A DNA stretch of 64,000 nucleotides from the NCBI GenBank assembly GCA_964588435.1, contig CAZPPI010000002.1, positions 3,542 through 67,541 of the forward strand. The letters are read 5' to 3'. Below the pieces are notes generated by a model. It saw only the letters and a list, made by a program, of their open reading frames with translations. It had not been told where the DNA came from and did no database searches. Both the position numbers and the translations under genes were made by a program. Positions 51,575-60,482 of this stretch are shown here, one piece after another; position 1 is the stretch's first letter, and every line of letters begins with the position of its first letter. This DNA is from an uncultured Gammaproteobacteria bacterium. Lineage in GTDB: Bacteria; Patescibacteriota; Patescibacteriia; Patescibacteriales; UBA12465.

Positions 51575-54169
51575 ATGAAAATTAATATTTTCAAGAAAAT
51601 AAATAACTCCCTGGGAAAAAAATCAATAATTATTATTAGTGTTTTGGTTTTTTTGGGCTTATCTTTAGCCGCTCCGGCTTCTGCTGATTGGGCAATCACA
51701 GTATTTGGTGGTATCTTAAAAATAATTATTGGCGGGGTTGGACTTATTTTAATTTTAGCTATTAGAGCTTTAGTTTATGTTGCTCAATATTCAACTTTTT
51801 TAAACTCGGGCGCCGTTACCCTTGGCTGGGTTATAGTTCGTGATCTTTGTAATATGTTTTTTGTGGTCGTTCTTTTAATTATTGCTTTTGGAACAATTCT
51901 AAATATAGAAAAATATAATTATAAAAAGTGGTTGCCAAAATTAATTTTGATGGCAATTTTAATTAATTTTTCTAAAACTATTTGTGGGGTTTTAATTGAT
52001 ATTGCTCAAGTGGTGATGCTTACTTTTGTTAATTCTTTTAGCACTATTGGTGCCGGAACCTTGGTTAATGTTTTGGGGATTACCGATATTTTGCAAATAG
52101 CAAAAAGTGGTAATGAAGATATTGGTTTTTGGACGGTTATCGGTGCTTATTTACTTGGCTTAGCCTACGTTATTGTGTCTCTAATAGTAGTTATTACGAT
52201 GATATCGATGCTCGCTATTCGTATTGTCATGATTTGGATTTATGTTGTTTTATCACCTTTAGCTTATCTTTTGTCAGCTTTTCCCGGGGGTCAATCTTAT
52301 GCTTCAAAATGGTGGACTGAGTTTACTAAAAATTTAATTGTTGGACCAGTTTTAGCTTTTTTTCTTTGGTTATCTTTTGCTGCTTTAACCAGTGATCAAG
52401 TAAGAGATGCTCAAACAATAGATGAGGCTAGTAGATTAGAGCAAAATAAGTTATTAGGTTTTGATCCTGATGAGGCCTCAATCGAAACTAAAGCTTCTAG
52501 TCCTGGAGCTTTAATTAAATTTATCATTGCAATTGGGATGCTTGTTGGTGGTCTTAAAATTGCTCAAGAGGTTGGCGGTGCCGCCGGTTCTATGGCAGGC
52601 AAGGGAATGGCAGCGGTTAATAAAGCGGGCAAGATTGGTTTAGCGGGTGCGGCGGCGATTACTGGAGTAAGAGCGGCTAAGGGAATTTATAAAAATTATA
52701 GCTCTGCCAGAAAATCAGCCCGAGAAGATAAATATAAGAATGCCGCAGTTAAGATGGCGGATGGAATTGGGAGGGCTAAAAAAAGTGTCGGCGGAGCGGT
52801 TACTGGTGGTTTGCAAAAAGTTAAAGATAGTACTTTTGGTAGAAGAGAGGCAAAAGCTAAAAAACTTCAAGCTGAGGCTAGAGTAGAGAGTACAGAAATC
52901 GATACAATAAAACAGAACCTTAATCAAAAGAAGGGTGTGGTCGGTGATTATCAGTATGATGAGGGTGTTAAGAGTTGGCGTCATAGCATAACAGGAATGG
53001 TAACTGGAGAAGAAAGAGTTAGAGAAAAGGCTGATGAGATTATTAAAGCTAAAGATGACGTTGTTAGCGCTAAACAAACAGAGGCAGAGAAACTACATTT
53101 CAAACAACAAAAAATAGATGATGTTTTGAAATATGGAGCCTTAGCTGCTGGAGGCATAGCTGGACTTGCCCTTGGCGGCGTCCCAGGACTTCTTGTTGCT
53201 GGAGGGGCCGCAGTTGGAGCTTCGCGTGGTTATGATAAATTTAAAAATGCTGGTAAAACCGATTTAGGGATTGCTTCTGGATTTCGTCTAAAGGAGATTA
53301 AGAAGGAAAAAGATGCTTTGAAAGATGAGGATAATGGAAGTGTGATTGCTAAGATGGATGATCGTACTATTAGCGCTTTTGAGAGAGCAGCTGCGGCTTT
53401 AGAAGCGATGGATAGAGGTTTGCTTTCCTCTGAACAAGCAGAATCTAAGAAAAAAATGATTGCGAATGAGATTGGCGGAGTCGATGAGAATGGTGATTTT
53501 AAGGATAAAAAAGTTGGTAATTATTTTGAATCGATTGCTGAAAGAAAAAATATTTCCGCTTCTTCTGATTTTCAAGATTTAAAAAGTGAAAATCCTGAAG
53601 TAAAGAGTCGAGCTGAAAGAAATGTTAGAGATAATGTTGAAAAAGGTAATTATAGCCTAGAATCTCTTGACGTAGGAGCAATTAGAGCGATTGGTCCTCA
53701 ATTAGTTGCCGCGATGAAGGCTAAAGACTTTGGCGCTCAATTTACTGCAATGAAAGACCAAGCTAAAAAGCGAGAGATTGTTGAGATGTTAAAGAAACTG
53801 GTTAATAAAGATACTAGCGGATTGCCAAGCGGTAGTATTGAAAAAAACAATGCTGAAGCGGGAAAATTAGAGGCGATGAAGAGATTGAATCAAGTTACGG
53901 ATTTAAATACGGCAACGGTTGGAATTTCTGATCCCGTAGATAGACAGGCTAAAAAAGAAGCGATTTTGGCTGATTTATCTTTTACTCAATTGGCGGATGT
54001 TTTTAATGGCAATGATAAAAAACAGCAAGATGCAATTGTTGAAGCTATACAAAAGTCTAGTCGTGAGGATAAACTTAGTATTTTTGTGACCGCAGAAAAA
54101 TCTTTAAGGGGAACATCTCAGGTTGCTAAAGATTTGCGCTCTGAGGCTAAGCTTAATTTAGAAGTTTGA
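51575..54169 (+). CDS. VirB6/TrbL-like polytopic T4SS inner-membrane protein with ~500-aa hydrophilic C-terminal extension
   Basis: Signal/TM followed by 6-7 TM helices in about 300 aa, with an architecture like TrbL/VirB6/ConG. Then a Gly/Ala-rich linker and a long charged C-terminal domain. Confidence 0.55.
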   Translation: MKINIFKKINNSLGKKSIIIISVLVFLGLSLAAPASADWAITVFGGILKIIIGGVGLILILAIRALVYVAQYSTFLNSGAVTLGWVIVRDLCNMFFVVVLLIIAFGTILNIEKYNYKKWLPKLILMAILINFSKTICGVLIDIAQVVMLTFVNSFSTIGAGTLVNVLGITDILQIAKSGNEDIGFWTVIGAYLLGLAYVIVSLIVVITMISMLAIRIVMIWIYVVLSPLAYLLSAFPGGQSYASKWWTEFTKNLIVGPVLAFFLWLSFAALTSDQVRDAQTIDEASRLEQNKLLGFDPDEASIETKASSPGALIKFIIAIGMLVGGLKIAQEVGGAAGSMAGKGMAAVNKAGKIGLAGAAAITGVRAAKGIYKNYSSARKSAREDKYKNAAVKMADGIGRAKKSVGGAVTGGLQKVKDSTFGRREAKAKKLQAEARVESTEIDTIKQNLNQKKGVVGDYQYDEGVKSWRHSITGMVTGEERVREKADEIIKAKDDVVSAKQTEAEKLHFKQQKIDDVLKYGALAAGGIAGLALGGVPGLLVAGGAAVGASRGYDKFKNAGKTDLGIASGFRLKEIKKEKDALKDEDNGSVIAKMDDRTISAFERAAAALEAMDRGLLSSEQAESKKKMIANEIGGVDENGDFKDKKVGNYFESIAERKNISASSDFQDLKSENPEVKSRAERNVRDNVEKGNYSLESLDVGAIRAIGPQLVAAMKAKDFGAQFTAMKDQAKKREIVEMLKKLVNKDTSGLPSGSIEKNNAEAGKLEAMKRLNQVTDLNTATVGISDPVDRQAKKEAILADLSFTQLADVFNGNDKKQQDAIVEAIQKSSREDKLSIFVTAEKSLRGTSQVAKDLRSEAKLNLEV

Positions 54170-54241
54170 TAAAGCCAAGAGAAGATCCTTTCTGTTAGAA
54201 TATTTAATGATAAGCTATTGTTAAAAAACAAAATTTAAACT

Positions 54242-55408
54242 ATGCCAACAAATATAACTGATAAACAATTTAATGAGAAATATGTCGACTTACCCGAGGA
54301 GGCAAAGTTCTTTTTTAGTTCTGAAAAAAATGGCGCAAATATTTTAGCCCTTGCTTCTGAATATAAGTTAGAACCAGACATTATTTATTCTTTAAATTTT
54401 TTAGCAGTTAATTCCGGTTTTGACTTTTCTCTACTTGAGGAAAAAATTAAAACTTTAAATTTAAGTGGCATAAGCTCAACCAGGTTTTGGCAGGATTTTA
54501 TTGGTCGCTTATTATTGCCAATTTCTGAGGCGATGGAAGAAAGTTCTGACGGGAAAATTAATATTGCTAAGGTTTTAAAAAGCACGGGGGCAAAATTGGA
54601 AAAATATCAAAGTTATGTTAATCAATTAAGAAATGAAATTGAGGATGATATTTTAAAAGCAGCCGAAGAAGAGGTTGAAGCTTATAAAAAGAGTTTTGAT
54701 ATTAAAGAAGAGAGCCAATATATTTTTAATCTTTTATCCGAGGATATTTTAATAGTTTTAAATTCTAAAAGTTTTGAAGCGGCCGCCGCTTTAAATCGTA
54801 GTTTAATTTTTCTCTTATTTAATGCCGAGAATTTTAAGGATGAAGCTTTGAGAAAAATTTTTGCTAACAAGCAATTAATTGGTGAGGAAAAAATTTCTGT
54901 TGACAATAAAGAAGTTATGCCAACAGTTTCTGCTTGGCTTAAGGATTTTATCAAAAAAAACAGTTCAAGTTTATTTGATGATTTAATTTTAGCTCAATAC
55001 CTAAATACCTCTGAAAACGCTAAAGTTCTTCAACCAAAAGAAAAAGAGCTTTTAGGTAATTTAATTCGTTTTTATAAAAATATTGCTTTTTTTCCAGAAA
55101 GCATGAACGAAATACCGCCTCAGAAATGGCAAATATTCCCTTTTGACGCGACTAGTTATTGGCAAGAGATTGAGGGTTCAGTAAAAAATAAAAAACAACT
55201 CGGTTTACCAACGGAACCAGAAATAATTGAAGAGGATGTTGGGGAGAGTAACGATGTCCTAAGTGAGAAAGATTTTAAGCCGGAAAATTATGATGATAGT
55301 GCGGAACTGAGAAATTTACGAGAGTTATTAGCTTCTTTCCCGCCCGCTAGTTTAGAAAGAAAAGCGATTAACGAAGAAATTAAAAGATTACAACGAGATA
55401 AAAAATAA
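54242..55408 (+). CDS. hypothetical cytoplasmic protein (388 aa) within the T4SS-like locus
   Basis: No TM and no recognisable motif. Its stop lies 1 nt from the next gene's start. Confidence 0.5.
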   Translation: MPTNITDKQFNEKYVDLPEEAKFFFSSEKNGANILALASEYKLEPDIIYSLNFLAVNSGFDFSLLEEKIKTLNLSGISSTRFWQDFIGRLLLPISEAMEESSDGKINIAKVLKSTGAKLEKYQSYVNQLRNEIEDDILKAAEEEVEAYKKSFDIKEESQYIFNLLSEDILIVLNSKSFEAAAALNRSLIFLLFNAENFKDEALRKIFANKQLIGEEKISVDNKEVMPTVSAWLKDFIKKNSSSLFDDLILAQYLNTSENAKVLQPKEKELLGNLIRFYKNIAFFPESMNEIPPQKWQIFPFDATSYWQEIEGSVKNKKQLGLPTEPEIIEEDVGESNDVLSEKDFKPENYDDSAELRNLRELLASFPPASLERKAINEEIKRLQRDKK

Positions 55409-55409
55409 A

Positions 55410-56819
55410 ATGTTTGATTATTTGCAAAAATTCAATAATTTACCAAATACTTTACGCGATAAAGTTTCTTCACCGACAGCAATGCGGGCAGTTTCGGCTT
55501 TGGAATTAAAATATAAAGTTGATTTAGCCGCTCTGGTGATGAAAGTGATGGCAAAAACTTTAAAAGTTAAGGATTTGCCAGAGTATTTTATTAATGAATT
55601 TTCTTTGAGCCAGGAGGACGCTCGCGCTTTAAACGACGATATTTTAAAAGAAATTTTTGCACCGGTTAGTGAATATTTATCTTTAGACGAAACTAAAAAG
55701 TCGCCGAAAATTAATGAATTTTCTTCAACTTTAGTTAGAGAGTTTGGCTTATCTTTGCCGAGTGAAGATCTTTATTCTCGCTTAAATAATATAATGTTAA
55801 CTTTTTTAAAAGGAGTTAGAAGCAAAATAGATGCTAAAAGCGCTTTGATGAAAAAGGTTGAGTTTGGAGGATTAGGCTTAACTCAGGAAGAGGCGGATCG
55901 AGTTTTTAAATTAGCTGAAAAAAGGGATATTCAAAAAGATTCTTTAGTTATTAAAGACCTTCCAATCGTTGAAGAGGAAGTAAAGAATTCTTCGCTTGAT
56001 CAAGCTCTTATAGATCAGGCGGTAAAAGAAGAAATTTCAACCGCGCCAATATTAGAAAAAAGTTCGAAAGAAAAATTGGATAAAATTATTATGGCGGCGG
56101 AGATGAATTCAGTCCCAGTTTATGATTTAAAGAAATCTTTAGTTGAAAAAACAGATATAGATAAAGAATCTTTATTACCAAAAGAAGAAAAACAGAATAT
56201 CTTGCCAGTAACAGAGAATAGGCTTAAGCTTGAGGAAAAATTGGAAGTAAAAACCGGATTAACTCAAGAAGAGACTCAGGCAGAAATTCGAGAACCAGTT
56301 CAAGAAACAATACCAGTACCGGCTCAAGAAGAAGTTCAGACAAAAATATCGCCGATTGAAGAAGCTGATTTAAAGAAAGATTTAAAAGGGGAGCAAGAAA
56401 ATTATGTTGCCCCAACAACTTTAAATTTGAATTTTAAACGCCCAGCGCCGACTTCAAATAAACCAAGGATGGAAGATATTAAACCGGTAGCAAAGGCAAT
56501 GAGTCCGATTGATGAATTAGCGTTTCTTGATTTAGTAAATTTTCGCCGTCTTTCTGATAATTCTGATGAAGCAGTTTTGAAGATTTTTAATAAAATTAAA
56601 TTGTTGGAAAAGGATGGCTATGATAAGATGGTTTCGGGGGTAAAAGCTTGGCGCCAAAATGAAGTTAATCGTTTATATGTAAAAATTGGCCAGGAGACTT
56701 TACTTAAAGGCCTGTCCTTGAAAGAGGTTATTGTTGAACGTCAAAAAAGAAACATGCCTTTTTTAAAGGTTGAAGAAATTAATGCAATTTCCAAATTGAA
56801 TGGAAGGTTATCTTTTTAA
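55410..56819 (+). CDS. hypothetical charged protein (469 aa) within the T4SS-like locus
   Basis: Lys/Glu-rich, with no TM and no NTP-binding motif, so it is not a VirD4 or VirB11. Confidence 0.5.
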   Translation: MFDYLQKFNNLPNTLRDKVSSPTAMRAVSALELKYKVDLAALVMKVMAKTLKVKDLPEYFINEFSLSQEDARALNDDILKEIFAPVSEYLSLDETKKSPKINEFSSTLVREFGLSLPSEDLYSRLNNIMLTFLKGVRSKIDAKSALMKKVEFGGLGLTQEEADRVFKLAEKRDIQKDSLVIKDLPIVEEEVKNSSLDQALIDQAVKEEISTAPILEKSSKEKLDKIIMAAEMNSVPVYDLKKSLVEKTDIDKESLLPKEEKQNILPVTENRLKLEEKLEVKTGLTQEETQAEIREPVQETIPVPAQEEVQTKISPIEEADLKKDLKGEQENYVAPTTLNLNFKRPAPTSNKPRMEDIKPVAKAMSPIDELAFLDLVNFRRLSDNSDEAVLKIFNKIKLLEKDGYDKMVSGVKAWRQNEVNRLYVKIGQETLLKGLSLKEVIVERQKRNMPFLKVEEINAISKLNGRLSF

Positions 56820-56822
56820 AAT

Positions 56823-57254
56823 ATGCAGCAATTTATCGTACCACAATTTATTGATGTTGAAGCAAAAATTATTGGCCCGATTACCGCTCCTCAATTTTTG
56901 ATTTTACTTGCAGCTACTTTAATAATAGCTCTTTGTTATCGCCTTCTTCATTTCACTCCTTTCCTAATAGTTACTGTTATAGTCCTTGGTTTAGCTGGCA
57001 CTTTCGCCTTTGTTAAAATAAATGGCCGATCTTTTCATTATTTTATTTTAAATTTATTACAAACAACTCGCCGACCCAATGTTAGAGTTTGGAATCATAA
57101 AATTGTCGTTAATGAGCAAACAGAAAAAACATCAATTCAGAAAATTGACTATAAACCTCTACCAAAAAAAGAGTATAAAAAATCAAGACTAGCAGAGATC
57201 TCTTTGATCGTTGATACTGGTGGTAAATATAGAGGGGAAAATCAGAATCTTTAA
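56823..57254 (+). CDS. VirB3-like small two-TM protein (ConD/PrgI-like position)
   Basis: 143 aa with two TM helices (ITAPQFLILLAATLIIALCY and FLIVTVIVLGLAGTFAFV). Sits directly upstream of VirB4, which is the conserved VirB3-VirB4 arrangement. Confidence 0.45.
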   Translation: MQQFIVPQFIDVEAKIIGPITAPQFLILLAATLIIALCYRLLHFTPFLIVTVIVLGLAGTFAFVKINGRSFHYFILNLLQTTRRPNVRVWNHKIVVNEQTEKTSIQKIDYKPLPKKEYKKSRLAEISLIVDTGGKYRGENQNL

Positions 57255-57263
57255 AATATAATT

Positions 57264-57929
57264 ATGGCTAAAAATAAGATTAAAAATTCAACCCAAGAGC
57301 ATCTTGATATCGCTGAAATCAGAGATGATATTGTTGTTATGAAAGATGGAACCTTACGTTCTGTTATTATGGTTTCTAGTATTAATTTTTCTTTAAAGAG
57401 TGAAGACGGTCAAAACGCAGTTATTGGCGCTTATGTTCGCTTTTTGAATAATTTAAATTTTCCTTTACAAATTATTATTCAATCCAGAGAATTAGATATT
57501 GATAATTATTTAGAGTACTTAAAAATAAAAGAGAAGGAACAGACGAATCGTTTATTAAAAGTACAAACGGCCGACTATATTGAATATATTAAAGAATTAA
57601 CTTCGTTAGGAAAAATAATGAATAAAAGATTTTTTGTCGTTGTTCCCTATAGCGCCTTGTCAGATAAACGAAAAGGATTTTTTAGTCTCTTAGGCGAGGC
57701 TCTGCGACCAGCAACAATTTTAAAATTAAAAGAAAAAACTTTTAGAAAATATCAGGAAATGCTTGATCGTCGGGTTGATAGTGTAATTGGTGGGCTAGAA
57801 TCTATGGGGGTAACAACGACGAGACTTGATACCCAGAGTTTAATTGAATTATATTATAAAACTTATAATCCAGAATCATCAAGAAACCAGGAATTACCAG
57901 ATTTAGATAAGATGAGAGTTGAGCGTTAA
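57264..57929 (+). CDS. virB4: VirB4/TrbE-family ATPase, N-terminal domain fragment (in-frame with next ORF, separated by a single TAA)
   Basis: HLDIAEIRDDIVVMKDGTLRSVIMVSSINFSLKSEDGQNAVIGAYVRFLNNLNFPLQIIIQ matches the VirB4/CagE/TrbE N-terminal pattern. It ends at TAA 57927-57929, in the same frame as the ATG at 57939. Confidence 0.6.
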   Translation: MAKNKIKNSTQEHLDIAEIRDDIVVMKDGTLRSVIMVSSINFSLKSEDGQNAVIGAYVRFLNNLNFPLQIIIQSRELDIDNYLEYLKIKEKEQTNRLLKVQTADYIEYIKELTSLGKIMNKRFFVVVPYSALSDKRKGFFSLLGEALRPATILKLKEKTFRKYQEMLDRRVDSVIGGLESMGVTTTRLDTQSLIELYYKTYNPESSRNQELPDLDKMRVER

Positions 57930-57938
57930 TTTTTATCT

Positions 57939-59825
57939 ATGATAAATTTCAATAAGAAAGTAACAAAAAAAATAAAGATGAATGAGCCAGTTTCTCTCAG
58001 AAAAAAAACTGAGGCTTCTTTAATTGAGAGAGATCCTCTTCTAACTAGAGAAATTATTGAAGAGGAAAAGACTTTTCGTCGTGGAGTTTTATCGGTCCGT
58101 GATATTATTGCTCCCTCTGCTTTAAAGGTTGAAACAAATAATATTCGTTTGGGTAATAAATTTTTACGAACAATTTTCGTTGTCGCTTATCCGCGTTATA
58201 TTTCAGTTGGTTGGTTTGCTCCCATTATTAATTTAAATGTTACGTTTGATATTTCGATGTTCTTCTATCCGATTGCTAGCTCTATTGTTCTAAAACAATT
58301 AAAGGATAAGGTTGGTAATTTAGAGGCACAAATTATTGCTGATGCTGACAAGGGAGCTGCTCGTGATCCCTTAAGAGAAACGGCTTTACGAGATATTGAA
58401 TATTTGCGAGATGCTTTAACTCAGGGGACGGAAAAATTTTTTCAATTTGCCCTTTATACTACTTTATATGCTGATAATATAGAAGATCTCGATCGTTTGT
58501 CAGACCAGGTTGAGGATATTTTCGGTTCACGTTTGGTCAATTCTCGTCGGGTTTATTATCAGGCTGAACAAGGCTTTAATTCAACCTTACCACTAGGAAA
58601 TGATGAACTCTATATTACTTTTAATATGAATTCTTCGCCGATTGCCTCTTCTTTTCCATTTATTTCATCGGAGTTAACTAGTGACAGCGGAATTTTGTAT
58701 GGTATCAATCGTCATAATAATAGTTTAATTATTTTTGATCGTTTTTCTTTACAAAACGCTAACTCGGTTGTTTTTGCTACCTCTGGGGCGGGAAAAAGTT
58801 ATGCAATTAAATTAGAAATTTTACGTTCCTTGATGCTCGGCACTGAAGTTATTGTTATTGATCCAGAAAGGGAATATAAACATCTTGCTGAAGCTGTTGG
58901 CGGAACTTATGTTAATATTTCTTTATCATCTGATAATAAAATTAACCCTTTTGATTTACCTAGTTCAATTGGCGGCGACGCTAGACCAAAAGATATTATT
59001 AGAAGTGCGGTTATTACAATCAAGGGCTTGATTAAGTTGATGATTGGCGGTCTTAATTATGATGAAGATTCTTTGATGGATAGAGCATTACTCGAAACTT
59101 ATGCTAAGAAAGATATTACCCCAGACGCTGATTTGTCAAAAATTGAGCCGCCAATTATGTCAGATTTAGAACAGGTATTAGAGGGGATGGAGGGCGGAAA
59201 TAATCTAGTGTCGCGACTAAAAAAATATACCAAAGGAACTTTTGCTGGTTTATTAAATAACCAAACTAATGTGCAAATGGATAATCAGTTGGTTTGTTTT
59301 TCCGTTCGAGATTTAGAAGATGAGCTTAGACCGATGGCGATTTATACAATTGTTAATTATATTTGGAACATTGTTAGGAGCGAGATGAAAAAAAGAATTT
59401 TAGTTATTGATGAAGCTTGGTGGATGATGCAAAATGAGGATAGTGCTAAATTTATTTTTGCCCTTGTTAAGCGTTGTCGTAAGTATTATTTAGGAGTTAC
59501 AACAATTACTCAAGATGTTAATGACTTCTTAACTTCACCTTACGGTCAAGCGATTGTTAATAATTCTTCTTTACAGATTTTGATGAAACAAGCTCCGGCC
59601 GCAATTGAGCAAATTCAAAAAACTTTTTTACTTACTGAGGGTGAGAAATATTTATTGCTTGAATGTGGAATTGGTGAGGGAATATTTTTTGCTGGTAATA
59701 AACATGTAGCGATGAAAGTCGTTGCTTCTTATACCGAGGACCAATTAATAACCTCTGATCCACGTCAATTGCTAGAAATCGAAGAAGCAAAGAAAGACTT
59801 TGCGGAGAGTCAGGACCTAGAATAA
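57939..59825 (+). CDS. virB4: VirB4/TrbE-family T4SS ATPase, C-terminal ATPase portion
   Basis: Walker A VVFATSGAGKSYAIKL, Walker B RILVIDEAWWMM, and a C-terminal VirB4-type domain. 221 aa + 628 aa gives a typical VirB4 length. Confidence 0.8.
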   Translation: MINFNKKVTKKIKMNEPVSLRKKTEASLIERDPLLTREIIEEEKTFRRGVLSVRDIIAPSALKVETNNIRLGNKFLRTIFVVAYPRYISVGWFAPIINLNVTFDISMFFYPIASSIVLKQLKDKVGNLEAQIIADADKGAARDPLRETALRDIEYLRDALTQGTEKFFQFALYTTLYADNIEDLDRLSDQVEDIFGSRLVNSRRVYYQAEQGFNSTLPLGNDELYITFNMNSSPIASSFPFISSELTSDSGILYGINRHNNSLIIFDRFSLQNANSVVFATSGAGKSYAIKLEILRSLMLGTEVIVIDPEREYKHLAEAVGGTYVNISLSSDNKINPFDLPSSIGGDARPKDIIRSAVITIKGLIKLMIGGLNYDEDSLMDRALLETYAKKDITPDADLSKIEPPIMSDLEQVLEGMEGGNNLVSRLKKYTKGTFAGLLNNQTNVQMDNQLVCFSVRDLEDELRPMAIYTIVNYIWNIVRSEMKKRILVIDEAWWMMQNEDSAKFIFALVKRCRKYYLGVTTITQDVNDFLTSPYGQAIVNNSSLQILMKQAPAAIEQIQKTFLLTEGEKYLLLECGIGEGIFFAGNKHVAMKVVASYTEDQLITSDPRQLLEIEEAKKDFAESQDLE

Positions 59826-59862
59826 AGTACAGCTAATTTTTAAAATAATTAATTTAAAATAT

Positions 59863-60477
59863 ATGGATAATAATAGAAAAAAGATTGGTATTATGTTAAT
59901 AATTTTAGGGCTTTTAATAATTGCTTTAATAATTTATTTTGGTTTTATTAAAAAAGACAAAGACGAGCCAATTATAACTGAAAACCCTGTGGTTGATTTA
60001 CCGTTACCGGCTGGAGATGACTTAACAAATCCTGGAGATATAGCTCGTTCTTGGCAACCAAATTTAAGCGCTGAAGCGGATCATGTTTTTAATGAAACGG
60101 ATTTGGAAAAACGTGCTAAAGCTTTTGCTGAGAGATTTGGCTCTTATTCGAATCAATCAAATTATAGTAATTTTTCCGACCTAGAAATATTTATGACCAA
60201 GAGTTTCTCTGATTGGACCGAATCTTATGTCGAACAGTTAAGAGAGAGTGCTCCTGGTTATGAAGTCTATTATGGGATAAGTACAAGAGCTTTAACGACT
60301 GAGTTAATTAGTTTTGATGAAGCCTCTAGCAAGGCGGAGATTAATGTTTTAACCGAAAGAAGTGAATCTTCAGCCAATGGCGGTGATTTAGAGCCTTATC
60401 AACAAAAAATACTTTTAAAATTCAATAAAGTAGCTAATGATTGGTTGGTTGACGCTGCTTATTGGGAGAAAAGATAA
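59863..60477 (+). CDS. membrane-anchored periplasmic protein, VirB8-like position (hypothetical)
   Basis: N-terminal TM (IGIMLIILGLLIIALIIYFGFI) plus a hydrophilic domain of about 170 aa, directly after VirB4. The size and topology fit a VirB8/NTF2-like bitopic protein, but no motif was verified. Confidence 0.35.
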   Translation: MDNNRKKIGIMLIILGLLIIALIIYFGFIKKDKDEPIITENPVVDLPLPAGDDLTNPGDIARSWQPNLSAEADHVFNETDLEKRAKAFAERFGSYSNQSNYSNFSDLEIFMTKSFSDWTESYVEQLRESAPGYEVYYGISTRALTTELISFDEASSKAEINVLTERSESSANGGDLEPYQQKILLKFNKVANDWLVDAAYWEKR

Positions 60478-60482
60478 AATTT

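Noticed and set aside
57927-57929. In-frame TAA in VirB4 as a recoded sense codon.
   Set aside because: TAA reassignment is not known in bacteria. All other genes here terminate normally with TAA, TGA or TAG, so standard code 11 applies. A split, a lesion or an assembly error is more parsimonious.
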